Assembly: GCA_918797485.1 (NCBI GenBank)
Contig: CAKKNE010000006.1
Span: 744,001-808,000, forward strand
DNA: 64,000 nucleotides
From: Pelagomonas calceolata
Lineage: Eukaryota
Direction: 5' to 3'
In this document: piece after piece, positions 9,111 through 19,873 of the stretch
Layout: each line of letters begins with the position of its first letter
Numbering within the stretch: position 1 is the first letter of the stretch
Made by a program: the position numbers and the translations under genes
Notes under the pieces: generated by a model
The model's input: the letters and a program-made list of their open reading frames with translations, nothing else
Told to the model about the DNA's origin: nothing
Databases searched by the model: none

Positions 9111-11807
9111 TCAACGAATCATTTCTGCGAGTTCGGCAACGAGCGCGGTCGATGCGGTGCTGTCGCCGGCGGCCTGGGCGCGTTCGACCATCCGCAAAGC
9201 TGCGGAATGTTTAATTGCCTTCAGGAAGCGTCGCCTGTTCGGATCCGCCGCGGCCGTCGCGTCGATGGCCCGCACGAGCAGCTTGGCTAATTGTGGCGCG
9301 TCCGCCGCCTCCCACAAGATGCTTCCGCGAACCCCAGCGTCGACGCCGCCTCGTAACCGAAGACAAAATGGGCGACTCGCACGGATTAACGCCTCGAGAA
9401 GGAAGCCTACAAACTCGCGTGACGCGAGGCACCTCCCGCCTGCGTTGCGCTCCTTAAAGTACGTGGAGGGCTCACGCTCGTCGGCGTCTTCCACCGCGTC
9501 GAGAAGCAGTCCGAACGCCATCTGCAGCACGTTTGGCCGGGTCACGTGAATCTCCCTGGCTGTGCTTGCATGGACGAACGTCGACAGGGCAACTTCCTTG
9601 CTCGCGATCAGCGCGGCGCGCTCGAGAATGGCCCCAAATAGCTCTCCGTTGCGCCTTCGCTCGACGGAGAGGTGTCCGTGGGCTCTCCCACCCGCATCTA
9701 GGCCGTCTATGCCCACCACAAGCTCGCCCGCGCTCCGTCGCCACCGCCGGTACGGCTTCACCAATGCGTTCGCATAGCCGCCGCCACGGAGACGCACCAG
9801 ATAGAAGTAGTCTTCTTCAGCGTCAAACTCGAGGCTCAAGACCCGGACGCGGTGCAGCGGCGCGTCGGAATTTCCCCGCCGCACGCAGACGTCGCGCAGC
9901 ACTGAGGGAGACGCGAGCGGCGCGCCCCTCACAAATTTGTAGTCGTCGTCCTCACCCCGCAGAACTCTCAGGCTCGGCGAGTGGCCCAGTATGGAGTCAA
10001 TACCCACGGCGCACACGCGCGTGCCATGCAATGAGAGCCGCCGCATGGTTTGGTGCCTCGCGAGAGCCAGGGCCCCCACATCCGACACCCTACCACACCC
10101 ACTCAGATTCAGGCACCGTAGCCCGCGGCACGCGTCGGCGAGCGCCACCGGCGCTAAATCAGACAGGCCCTCGCAGCCCGCCAAGCTCAGCCGCTCGAGC
10201 GTCGCGCCGAGCCCGCCCGCGAGCGCTAAAACGGCTTCGTCACCTATTCTCGTGTAGCGCTCGAACGACACCGTGTGGAGGACCCGCCCGTCCGTATTTC
10301 TTCCGGCGACCCGCGCTAGCGCGGCCACGCCGACGTCGCCGACCCTATCTTTGGCAACCGGCAGATTCGCCGAGTCAAGCCTAATTTCCGCCAGCGTCTC
10401 GCGCACGCCGGCCGCTAGAGCGGCTAAACCGGCGTCGCCGACCTTCGTGCCGATGAGGGAGACCTCCTCCAGTCTATCCAAGCCCGCGGCCACGGCCGCG
10501 CAGGAACCGTCGTCAAACCCCCGCACGCCGTCGATCTTCAGCGAGACCACGCTGCGTAACCTAGGAGCCCCAATGCCGAAGACCGCGCTGAGCGGCCGCG
10601 CGCAGGACTGCGCCGGCGTCTGACCAACTAAAGCGAGCTTGCGCGGCTTGCCCCGCGCGACCCACCTTAAAGTAGCCGCGAGGGACGCGTCGCGCGCGCA
10701 GGCGTCAGCTTTTTCCGCCTTCGTGCGCCGCGCTTGCCGCGAGTCCCTCAATAGAATGCCCGACGGCGCCTCGGCCAGCGACGCCGGGCCGTTCGCGCGG
10801 CTGACGTCGCGGAACTGGCGGCAGACCCGTGCGAGTCGACAGTAGGTTTTCACGTCCCCATCGCCCGCCACGACGTCGAAGACCCGTCCTAGAGCGTTGT
10901 CCGAGATGCCCGGCGCCTCAAACGGTACCGGCGTCGCCAGGGCGTGGACCTCTAATAAAGCATCTGCTACACTACTTGTCGACTCCACACCTGACGCGCG
11001 TGCTAATGCTAAAACGAGCTCGTAGTGGGCCGCGCCTAACTCCACTTTACGTTTGAGCTGCCGCGTCTTCGTTAGGCCGCGCCGGGCCTCCGCCGCACAC
11101 GCATAGGCACACGCCCTATATGTCTCGTCCAAATCAACATGGGGATCCTCCAAACGGTCGAGGAACTGCCAGTGCCGCCCGCGCTCCGCGACCGAAGCCA
11201 GCAAATGTTCATTCTCATCTAGATCGGCTAACGTCGCTTCGACGACGTGGACCACCTTGGGCGCGTTGTATTCTGAACGTTTCCGTCGCAGTGTCAGGGC
11301 CGCGTCCAGCAACGCCCTACTAAGAGCCCCGCCCGACGTGTTGCAGGCGGCGCGCGCGAACCAGGTCAAACACGCAGATACTGTTGCCCTCATCTCGCGC
11401 AACGCACCCGTCGCTAGTATAATGGCACCATCATCGTCGACGACGGCCCGTGATGCTCTTGAAGCGACGGCCTGGCACATGCCGACGTGCGTTATCGAGC
11501 GGCGCACGATCGCTGCTGAACCTCGCGCGACGGACTCGCTCAATTGCTTCGCGGCGGGCGTTTGTGCTCCTGCGTCTCTCGACCCCTCGGCCGCGGCGCC
11601 GTGCAGCGCCATGGCTTCGCGCAGCGACCGGCCCTGCGTCTTTAGGCCGTCGAGGACCTCGTCGATGCGCGCTCGTTCCACGGTCTCGTATTTGCGGGCG
11701 GCCTCCTGGAGGAGCTCGAGCTCCGCTGCTGCTCTTAAGTTTGAGAGGTCCTCGAGGGACATTTCATTTGTCGTTTCGTGCAGGGCCGCGAGCTCTTCCT
11801 CGGCCAT
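9111..11807 (-). CDS. F-box/LRR (FBXL-like) protein
   Basis: F-box-like segment (ISDNALGRVF...RLARVCRQFR) followed by cysteine-containing LRRs (LERLSLAGCEGLSD, LRCLNLSGCGRVSDVG). Confidence 0.75.
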   Translation of the reverse strand: MAEEELAALHETTNEMSLEDLSNLRAAAELELLQEAARKYETVERARIDEVLDGLKTQGRSLREAMALHGAAAEGSRDAGAQTPAAKQLSESVARGSAAIVRRSITHVGMCQAVASRASRAVVDDDGAIILATGALREMRATVSACLTWFARAACNTSGGALSRALLDAALTLRRKRSEYNAPKVVHVVEATLADLDENEHLLASVAERGRHWQFLDRLEDPHVDLDETYRACAYACAAEARRGLTKTRQLKRKVELGAAHYELVLALARASGVESTSSVADALLEVHALATPVPFEAPGISDNALGRVFDVVAGDGDVKTYCRLARVCRQFRDVSRANGPASLAEAPSGILLRDSRQARRTKAEKADACARDASLAATLRWVARGKPRKLALVGQTPAQSCARPLSAVFGIGAPRLRSVVSLKIDGVRGFDDGSCAAVAAGLDRLEEVSLIGTKVGDAGLAALAAGVRETLAEIRLDSANLPVAKDRVGDVGVAALARVAGRNTDGRVLHTVSFERYTRIGDEAVLALAGGLGATLERLSLAGCEGLSDLAPVALADACRGLRCLNLSGCGRVSDVGALALARHQTMRRLSLHGTRVCAVGIDSILGHSPSLRVLRGEDDDYKFVRGAPLASPSVLRDVCVRRGNSDAPLHRVRVLSLEFDAEEDYFYLVRLRGGGYANALVKPYRRWRRSAGELVVGIDGLDAGGRAHGHLSVERRRNGELFGAILERAALIASKEVALSTFVHASTAREIHVTRPNVLQMAFGLLLDAVEDADEREPSTYFKERNAGGRCLASREFVGFLLEALIRASRPFCLRLRGGVDAGVRGSILWEAADAPQLAKLLVRAIDATAAADPNRRRFLKAIKHSAALRMVERAQAAGDSTASTALVAELAEMIR

Positions 11808-12292
11808 CCTACCGTTGTAGGGCTCAGGCAGCCCTCACTGCAGCTTGGTCATAGCAGCCCGCAGCACTGGGCGGGGCCCAAAATAAATAGGCAGCGCGCG
11901 CCGATTTAATCGCACCGTTGCGTTCTACGAGTTCTTAGGCTGCCTGCGTTGCGTTGCGTGCGGCAGGTGCCCAATTGTCCAGTGCCTGCAGCTGGCAAAG
12001 CCGGTCTGCGAAATTCCCCGCCCCCTCGATTTCTCGTTGGAAGATGATTGCGATGAGTCCCGCGACGGTGGGCGCCGGACCAGACGGGTACGAAAAAACC
12101 CGTGTGCTACAGCTAAAAACTCAGCAAAAGCAGCCTAAAATCACTGCCTCCGCGCGGCGCCACGCACGCCTGGACGTTTAGAACAGTCGTGGCTTGCACG
12201 CCGTCGCTGCGGAACACCAAAAATCTCGCGCCGAGCACCCGCTGCTGCAAACCACAGCACCACTCCAGAGCCCATTGGAAACAAGAGAGGCG

Positions 12293-14089
12293 ATGATGGC
12301 CACGCCCCGGGCCCACGACGAGGAGCCCGTCGAGCTCGTCGCCAAGGGCACGCTCCATAAAAAAAGAGGCGGTTTAGGGAGGCACACGTACGGCGTAAGG
12401 TCCTCGCCCTACGTCCGGCGGTACTTCGAGCTTACCAGCGACGGCGTTCTCAGTTATTGGGATGAACATGAAAGACGGAAAGGGGGCGACCCGCGGAACA
12501 GCCTCAATCTATTAGCGTCGCGGGCCGTGTTATCTGTTGTAGCAACAACATCGGGCGGCGGCGCGCCGGCCGAAAGGGTTTTGGCCATTGCGCACGAGCA
12601 AGGCGGCGCGAGATGGAAGCTCGCGGCGGATTCTGATGAAGCGAGAGATGCCTGGCGAAGAGCTCTGGAGCCCTACTGTCGGGCCTCGGCGCCGCGGCCC
12701 TCTGCTGACGTGAGAGCAGTGGTACCCGACCTCCCGCCCGACCTCACCGCGACGAGAAGGAAAGCACTTACGAGATCGTCCGTGGCCATGGGCGACCGGG
12801 GTTCGACGATCGTCGCGCTGGCGGCGTTCTCGTTTGTAGTTTCTGTCATTTCGGCAATCGTGTGTAGTGGAGGCGCCTTCTCCGTGTCCGTGCTGGCTCT
12901 CGTGCACGGCTACGCTCTCGTCGTGCTCACAAGGCGAGGCGCTTTGGATCCCCGACCCTGCACATCCGTCGTAAAAGTCGCAGAAGACGATAGCTTACCT
13001 CCCCTGCCAGAGGGCATCGACACGGCGTCGGAGAAGAAGGGCCGGCCCGTCGCTGGCACGACTATAGCTCGCTCTGATTTTGATATCACTGGAGGCGGGC
13101 CGCCCGCGACGTGGAGTAGAGCTCCTGGTTCTACTTTTAGGGTCAGACAGGTCGGCTACAAGCACCACGGCAAGAAGGCCGTTTCTGCCGAAGCTTTTTA
13201 CGAGTGCGTTTCTGTCGACTTATTTGATACTTCTTCGAGGGTCCCGTGCCTCGCCGACAAGGTAGAGTTGCCGGCACCCGAAAGAGTCTCGCCGGACTCG
13301 GACATTCCCTCGCTCTTCATCGTAGTGGCACACATCCCCTCCGAGACGGGGCCCATGTCGGTCGGGCCCGACGCGGACGGTTTCTTTGCTGTGTCCTTTC
13401 TTGAGTCGCCATCGACGCGACGCCTGTCCTTTCGTGACCTCGCATCGACGGCGTCTGCATCGACGCGACACCTGCTCGATCGCGGCGACGGCGTGGAGGC
13501 TCAACGATCGCTCGCGTGGTGACGCCATCGACGCGAGAGCCCGATCGCGCCGACCGACGCTCACCGGCGGGGCGCCCGCGCAGGCCACGGCTACCAGATG
13601 TGCATCGCCTTTCAGCTCACGGAGCGGACGGTCCAAGACCTCGCTTCAATGAAGCAAGGTGGTTCATGTGAGCGGGAAGCGTCCCTCAAGCTCCTCAAGC
13701 GGTGGTGTTCCGTAGCTCCGGAGGAACCGTTCGCGGAACGCAAAGAATTTGGGCGGTTTAAGGTACTGGCGCAAGTCCGGAATATTGATGATGTCTCCAT
13801 CCCGTCCTTCGCGAAGCGCTACAACGGCAAGCCCGCTCTTATCAGAAAGACGGGCATGCTCTACCGATGTGGCCCGTCCGGAAGTTATTTGAACATGGAC
13901 ATCAACGTCCATGCTTTTGGTTATATGGCGCGGAGTGGTTTGCAGTCCATCTTCCGGGACTTCCAGGACTTTATTCTTTCGGTGGGGTTCACTGTTGAAT
14001 CGAGGTCAGACGAGGAGCTCCCAGAATGTATTTTGGGCTGCTTCGATTTGAACCACGTCGACTACAATGCTGCGGTGCCCTGGGAGTAA
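12293..14089 (+). CDS. PH domain + transmembrane hairpin + EDR2 C-terminal-like (DUF1336) protein; exons 12293-13379 and 13584-14089
   Basis: PH motifs (KGTLHKK, RRYFELT, EARDAWRRAL), FRVRQVGY...K motif and C-terminal ESRSDEELPECILGCF. A 204-nt GT-AG intron at 13380-13583 restores the frame (ADG|HGYQMC). Confidence 0.8.
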
Positions 14090-14691
14090 GGACTAGTAAT
14101 GTTAATTGTCGCGGCGATGGCGTTGAGCGGGGAATTGGTCGTCTCGCTCGAACGCGCGGATCTACCCCGCGCTGGTGGCCACCGTCCACTACGTATCCTC
14201 CTGGCGAGGTTCGTGTTGTCTCCAATAGCTATGACGACACCCTTGCCGTTTCCTCTGAGGCATTCAGCACCTAATGGCACAGAGTCGCCGACTTTGAGCG
14301 AGACGGGTGCGTCAACACCATTCAATCGTAGCATTGATACCAGAAAATCATCAGTGCACGACGCGAGGCGCAGATCCGCCGGCGCTAGTTCCCCTTCCTG
14401 CACTAATACGAGGTCGCCTCGTACGACATCGACAGCATCAACATCGTTCCAGGCGCCGTCGCGCCGCACGCACGCGTCCTCCGTGACGCAGCGCGCGTAG
14501 GCCCGCATCGACGGCAGCGACGTCAGACAAGGCAACAGACAACAGACCACGGCGGGACAGTCGCATGGTGGCCTCGGTTTATTTGCACCTTCCCTGGCTA
14601 GTCGGTCCCGCGCGTCGGCCCAGGAGAGGCCCTCCGTCCCGACCTCCATCAGTTCCACGTCCTCGTCGCCGTGGATGGCCGAGCTCGTCAT
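14062..14691 (-). CDS. Stand-alone P-type ATPase N-terminal/actuator-domain protein
   Basis: GLSWADARDRLAREGAN and VRRDG...DVVRGDLVLVQEGELAPADLRL motifs; no DKTGT phosphorylation domain; 3' end uncertain. Confidence 0.7.
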   Translation of the reverse strand: MTSSAIHGDEDVELMEVGTEGLSWADARDRLAREGANKPRPPCDCPAVVCCLLPCLTSLPSMRAYARCVTEDACVRRDGAWNDVDAVDVVRGDLVLVQEGELAPADLRLASCTDDFLVSMLRLNGVDAPVSLKVGDSVPLGAECLRGNGKGVVIAIGDNTNLARRIRSGRWPPARGRSARSSETTNSPLNAIAATINITSPYSQGTAAL

Positions 14692-15264
14692 TTGTGTGAT
14701 TCGTGCGCGCGCTTGCGTGATTCGTGCGCGCGCTACGGCGGCGTGCGGCCACTTGCCCGCTGGCTGTGTGAGGGCACAGGGTCTTTGCGGCTCACAGCGA
14801 TGGCGAATGGCTGCCAGCGTTGTGCAGCTACGATGAGCACAGGTACTGCAACTTAACGATCGTGCACAGACGAGCTGTACGTCGTCTCGCGCGCGCCAGC
14901 AAATTCGGGTTTTGACGGGTTTTCTTGAAATCGCCCCGCCCCGGAACCGTGCTCCTGGCCCTCAAGCCGTGCGGGGCCGAGACATAACGCACCAGCACGA
15001 GCCTCAAACGAAACCGCTGCTCTCCCGCAGACTTTGTTCCCAACGCGCGCCGCATCTCCACGCTGGAAATACGGCGTTCGAGGGCGCCACAAACCGGGGA
15101 AGGCGCACACGACAGCAACCGACCCAGGACCGCCCTACGAGGCAGCCCCGTGCGCGAATCCCGTAAAAACTGGACGCTGAACAGGGCAGCCTCTGAACAG
15201 GCGCCCTGAACAGACAGCGCATCTTACAAAAACAAAGTCGTGACGCCGCCGACGCTCCACGACC

Positions 15265-16458
15265 ATGGGCGCCGGCGCGAGCACGATCGCGGACTACAAG
15301 GAGGCCGCGAGTAAATCGGACGAGTCGAGCTTTCCCGAGGCCTTCGCGCAACTAAAAACCAGTGTCGAGGCTTTCGAGGGCGACGCAGAAGCCGCATTAA
15401 AATATGCGGAGGAGCAGTGCAAGGCTTTGAGTTTGAACGTCACGCTGCAGAGCTCCAACGGCCTGAGTTTGAAGGTGACCGGTGGTTCAGGTGAGGCTCC
15501 AGCAGCTGAAGAACCAGAACAATCGAACGAAGAGCTCGAGAAGATCGCGGACGCTGTAGCGTTAGAGCTCCTCGAAGCGAAGACGCAGTCGATCGTCTGC
15601 CTGACGGATGGCTCGAACAATGCGCACAAGGCCTTCGAAGTGGCCAAAGCGCTGCGCAAGGACGATGATGTGCTCAGTGTCGTCCACATCAAGTCCGACA
15701 AGGACTACCACGACGCCGCGACGAACTTTAAGTCCGACCAGATCCAGCTCAGATACGAGACGGAGTTGACGCCATTGCTACCGTCGAGCAAGTGGCGCTA
15801 CGACATGGTCACCAAGAAAGATAACGTGTCCACCAAACGAGCCGTGGGCTTGTGGGTGTCTGGTCTCAGGGACGTGCCCATCGACGATCCGAAGCGCCTG
15901 CCGATGCCGAACTTCCTGTGCATTGGTTTCTCTGGTAGAAAAAACATGAGTGATGAAGCGCCGTCGGTCCTGGGCCAGGTCGCGGATCTCAGTTTGAGGA
16001 CGGTGCCGTGCCCTTGTGTCGTGGTGAAGTACCCCCCGTCGGACGGCCCGAAGTCGTTCTGTCTGTTGGTGGCCGACCTGCCGCGGTGCTGGATGGCCTT
16101 TGAACTCCTGCTACATTTACCTGCCGAGGGTGATTCATTGAAGCTGATCCACATCCACGAGGATGTTGCTGCCAAGCTCGGCGAGGCCGACGAGCTCAAG
16201 GCCAAATATGAAAAATATTTAGCTGAACACCCGACGAAGTTCAAGGTCGAGTTCGAACTGAAGGGCATGGCACGCGGCACTTCTAAAAATGAAGTGATCC
16301 ACGGCCTGCTCGACGACGCGACGTACGAGTACATCGCGCTCGCGACGCACCCGAAGGACCACATCGGTAGTGTCGCGGACTACCTCATCAAGAACTACAA
16401 GGGCAACATCATCTGCTTCAAGGGTGAAAATGCCGAGCGGAACGTCATGTACGCCTAG
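15265..16458 (+). CDS. Tandem universal stress protein (USP)-domain protein, probably N-myristoylated
   Basis: MGAGAS start; IVCLTDGSNNAHKAF, SVLGQVAD...VPCPCVVVK and a second IGSVADYLI motif. Confidence 0.8.
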   Translation: MGAGASTIADYKEAASKSDESSFPEAFAQLKTSVEAFEGDAEAALKYAEEQCKALSLNVTLQSSNGLSLKVTGGSGEAPAAEEPEQSNEELEKIADAVALELLEAKTQSIVCLTDGSNNAHKAFEVAKALRKDDDVLSVVHIKSDKDYHDAATNFKSDQIQLRYETELTPLLPSSKWRYDMVTKKDNVSTKRAVGLWVSGLRDVPIDDPKRLPMPNFLCIGFSGRKNMSDEAPSVLGQVADLSLRTVPCPCVVVKYPPSDGPKSFCLLVADLPRCWMAFELLLHLPAEGDSLKLIHIHEDVAAKLGEADELKAKYEKYLAEHPTKFKVEFELKGMARGTSKNEVIHGLLDDATYEYIALATHPKDHIGSVADYLIKNYKGNIICFKGENAERNVMYA

Positions 16459-16590
16459 AGATCGGCGTAAGGGCACATCACTACTAGTTACTACCTTCGA
16501 TGACGCCATCGAGCAGACGCACCGCGTACAGTGTCGCGTCGACGGCGTCGCGGCGGCGCGGTCGCACGAAGACGCCGTCGACGCGACTCG

Positions 16591-17508
16591 CTACTCGGGC
16601 GGCCGCTCGCTCTTCGGCAGCTTCGACAAGAACCGCGAGCCCCGCGCGAGCGTGAACAAGGGATTGGCTCGGGTATCGATATTGGAATCCCAGAAGCCCT
16701 CGACCAGGGGCGTCACGTTTCGGGGAATGTCGAACCCCCGCAGCTTTTTTAATTGAAACGCCAACCCGTGCTGGTCCCACACCCGATGCCGGACGAGCTC
16801 GTCGACGGCAGCTCTGATATCGGGGAGCATTGCGCGCGGGATGATCCGCAGCGCGTCGGAAAACCGCGAGCCGTGCTTCGCCCAGGCATGTAGACATCTA
16901 TCTGTCGGTGGTCTCTCATGAAACGCACAAGGCGTGTGATGAATATTCAGGAACACTTCTCGGAACGGTAACCATAATTTATCAATGACCGGTGGCCTCG
17001 TCAGATCCGCGAGGTCGCGCTTGAGGAACAGGTCCGCCCGTAACGAGATTAACACGTCCCACGCTTGAGTCGCGGCCAAGGCGTAGGCCCTCTGTAATAG
17101 TTCATTGGGCCTTACTTTATTCTTCTTGTCCTTCCTTAACTGCGTTTCTATCACCTCTGATGCGGAAGCTTCGACATTTTGCAGCCAGTCGTCTACCACG
17201 TCCGACTGATGCGTGCACGCTATCACAGAAGATATGGTAGCACCGGCTCGTTCCAGAGGCCTCCTGATCTTCGTCAAATGGTTCTCGATGACCGTCGGGT
17301 GGTTCGCGTTCACTCTCACGAACTTGCCGCCGTGCCTTTCACTTTTATAGCTACCGTAGTGCATACCTCTATATAGTAACGCTACGTTGATGCCCTGCCA
17401 GTGGGTCATGTTCTTGCGTCTGGCGTTTCTTAGTTTCCAGGGCTTCGTGGCATTCGTTATGTTTGTGGCTGCCGCGGCGGCGGCCAGCAGCAGTAGGTAA
17501 TTTTTCAT
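16591..17508 (-). CDS. Secreted hypothetical protein, possibly glycosyltransferase-like
   Basis: 305-aa ORF with signal peptide (MKNYLLLLAAAAAA) and a WDVLISLRADL motif. Confidence 0.6.
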   Translation of the reverse strand: MKNYLLLLAAAAAATNITNATKPWKLRNARRKNMTHWQGINVALLYRGMHYGSYKSERHGGKFVRVNANHPTVIENHLTKIRRPLERAGATISSVIACTHQSDVVDDWLQNVEASASEVIETQLRKDKKNKVRPNELLQRAYALAATQAWDVLISLRADLFLKRDLADLTRPPVIDKLWLPFREVFLNIHHTPCAFHERPPTDRCLHAWAKHGSRFSDALRIIPRAMLPDIRAAVDELVRHRVWDQHGLAFQLKKLRGFDIPRNVTPLVEGFWDSNIDTRANPLFTLARGSRFLSKLPKSERPPE

Positions 17509-17653
17509 GCTGCTATTTTTTGGTCTCCTCGCTTTCTGCGAGGCTGCCCGCGGCGATGGCGTGCAACGGGAGCACGCTGTTGGCTGTTACCGACGATTCA
17601 TGCTGCCTCTTGGCAACATTTGATGCGCTTTTTGTCTCGACGGCTCTCACCCC

Positions 17654-17675
17654 CTAGCGTCGCAGAGATACTAGC
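17654..17675 (-). promoter_or_regulatory. Degenerate CTAG-flanked intergenic motif copy
   Basis: Reverse complement reads GCTAGTATCTCTGCGACGCTAG; lies between divergent genes. Confidence 0.3.
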
Positions 17676-18108
17676 CTAGTGCAACATAGACGTCCATGGC
17701 GTCTCCGTCCGTCCACAAGCGCGTGATTGTGCTGCTTGTACCCGTGTTTGGACACCTGGGGACCCCCGACATTTTCATGACCAAAAATCGACAGTCAGCA
17801 TTTGCGCGCTGTGATCTCGCCCGAGCGCAGTGGTTTTGCAACCAAACGAGCTCATAGTTCTTCCAAGGCCCTCTAGACGTCGACGAAGGCCTGACGAGCA
17901 GCGGCGCGCTCTAACTCGCTGTAAAAAGTTGTCTCCGACCGCCGCCCACCAGACGCCGCCGAGGCGAATTATCTACGCCCTCGTTTGTTCATAGCACCCC
18001 TTCGGCAGCGTAACAAGGACGCCAGCGGGTCACGCTGCGACTGGCGAAACGAAACTCGGTCTATAACTGCCGCACGAAAAATTATTCGTTCCGGACCGTT
18101 TCCAGACA

Positions 18109-19690
18109 ATGAAGCAATCGAACAGCTGGCTCTCCGGCTTGTGGAGAGCCGCCGACATGGCGTCGCGAAGCGCATCCCCGGCGAGCGCCGACGACGAGCG
18201 CCACGCCGTCGTGTCCAACCCGCCGAGCCCGACGCAACTCACGGGGCTCGTAGCGGCCGAGGCCAAGTCCCACCGAAGGCAACATAGCGACCAATCCCGC
18301 TTCGCGAGGCCGGCGAAGAAGAACGTGCGGCGGGCTCGAGTGGTGGAGCCCGAGACGGACGAGGAGTACACCGCGTCTGAAGATTGGAGAAGAGACTGCC
18401 GCGCCGTGGCCGTGCTCGGCCAGGGGTCCTTCGGGCGGGTCCACCTCGTGACCTTCCAGGGCGGCAAGTTCGCCCTGAAATCCGTCGCTGTCGCTAGTCT
18501 CACAACACCGAAGAAGCGCGAACACGCGCGGTCGGAACGAGTAGCTCTGGCTTTGCTGCGAGGCCACCCCAACATCCTGCGGATGCACGCGGCCTGGACG
18601 GCGCCGGGAGCTCTACACTTAGCTACGGAATGCGCCTGGGGCGGGGAGTTGTTCAGACACTTGCAGAGAAGGAAGCGCTTTGCTGCCGCGGAGACGAGGT
18701 TCATCATCGCGGAGCTAGCTGCCGCATTAGTACACGCGCATAAACACAAGGTCGCTTACCGCGACGTGAAGCCGGAGAACGTGCTCTTTGGCGGCACGGG
18801 CCACGTGTTATTGGCGGACTTTGGCCTTAGTAAAATCGTCTCCATAGACGACAAGGACTTTCCCACCAAAGGATGCATTTCTTTATGCGGCACGCCGGAG
18901 TACATGGCGCCCGAAGTTTTAGATAGGGCGCCATACGGCGGGAGCGTCGACTGGTGCGTGCTCCGCGTCCTTATGTATACATTTGTATGTACTGCAAGTA
19001 TTTATACGTATTTTTATGTATTCAACGTGGCGCGGCGACGGCGTTCGGCTCATGGCTACGCCCACCTTACGCCATCGACGATGTATGCGTATGTTTACAT
19101 ACATATAAATTTTTTGTATTCACAGGTGGGCGCTCGGGATGCTATCTGCCGAGCTCCTCACGGGCCTGCCGCCCTGGTACACGGAGGACCGCGTCGAGCT
19201 GTTCCGTAGGATCCGGCGGGCGCCGCTCGAACCGAGGCACTTGGTCTGTCGGGATCCTCGCGCGCGCAGAGACCCTCTGCAGCGCGACACGGCGTTACTG
19301 GTTGAAAGGTTGTTGCGACGGGACGCGACGCAGCGCCCCTCCGACGCGGACATCAAAAATGATCGCTACTTCGCCTTCTGTGGTGGCTTGGAGGACCTGC
19401 CGAGCATGGAGCCGCCGTTCAATCCCTCTTCATCAGATGCGGACCCGGGTCCTGCGTTCCACGACCGCGTGTCGAACGAGCGGGCGCCTTCCCGTCGAAG
19501 GTGCGCGCCGCTGTCGGAGGTCGCTGCGGTCGCGCGGAACTTTGAAGCTTCCGATTCTGTCAGCTTGACCGCGGACGCCGTCGCGCTTGATGTGGCTGCT
19601 GCTGCGGCGCCGCCACCTCCTCCTCCCGACGGGGCACCCGGCTCACCCGGCGTGCAGTCGCCGCAGTTCCCGGGATGGGTTTATCCGTAG
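18109..19690 (+). CDS. AGC-family Ser/Thr protein kinase; exons 18109-18953 and 19126-19690
   Basis: GQGSFG, FALK, YRDVKPEN, DFG and CGTPEYMAPE motifs; splicing restores VDWWALG. Confidence 0.92.
18954..19125 (+). mobile_element. Introner (AT-rich family), 172-nt GT-AG intron
   Basis: Alignable end to end with the intron at 29134-29307 in an unrelated gene. Confidence 0.85.
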
Positions 19691-19750
19691 TCGCTCGTCG
19701 TTTTAACTTAGTGGTTTCGTAGTCTTACACAGTTCGCGTCAACAACGCTT

Positions 19751-19775
19751 GCTAGTGTCTTACAGGCCCGCTAGC
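19751..19775 (+). promoter_or_regulatory. CTAG-flanked intergenic motif copy (GCTAGTGTCTTACAGGCCCGCTAGC)
   Basis: About 100 bp upstream of the Myb gene start; matches copies at 27997, 32416, 33859 and 58956. Confidence 0.5.
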
Positions 19776-19873
19776 AACGAGCCTAGCGGCAGAAAGACAC
19801 GCTGGGTGAACTAGAGCACGCTGGGGCCCTAGAGTGATTCAGCAGTAGCAGCAGCGGTGCCCTGTCGTCAGCC

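Noticed and set aside
14090..14165. Possible intron at the 3' end of the actuator-domain gene
   Set aside because: It contains a GCCATCGCCGCG motif but no convincing acceptor.
14697..14734. Two-copy 18-bp tandem repeat GTGATTCGTGCGCGCGCT
   Set aside because: A simple local duplication in a 5' flank, not seen elsewhere.
16495..16591. Possible GC-AG intron splitting the stop codon of the 16591-17508 gene
   Set aside because: It lacks the CRCAG end and +10 motif of the other introns and is not needed for the frame; kept only as a motif cluster.
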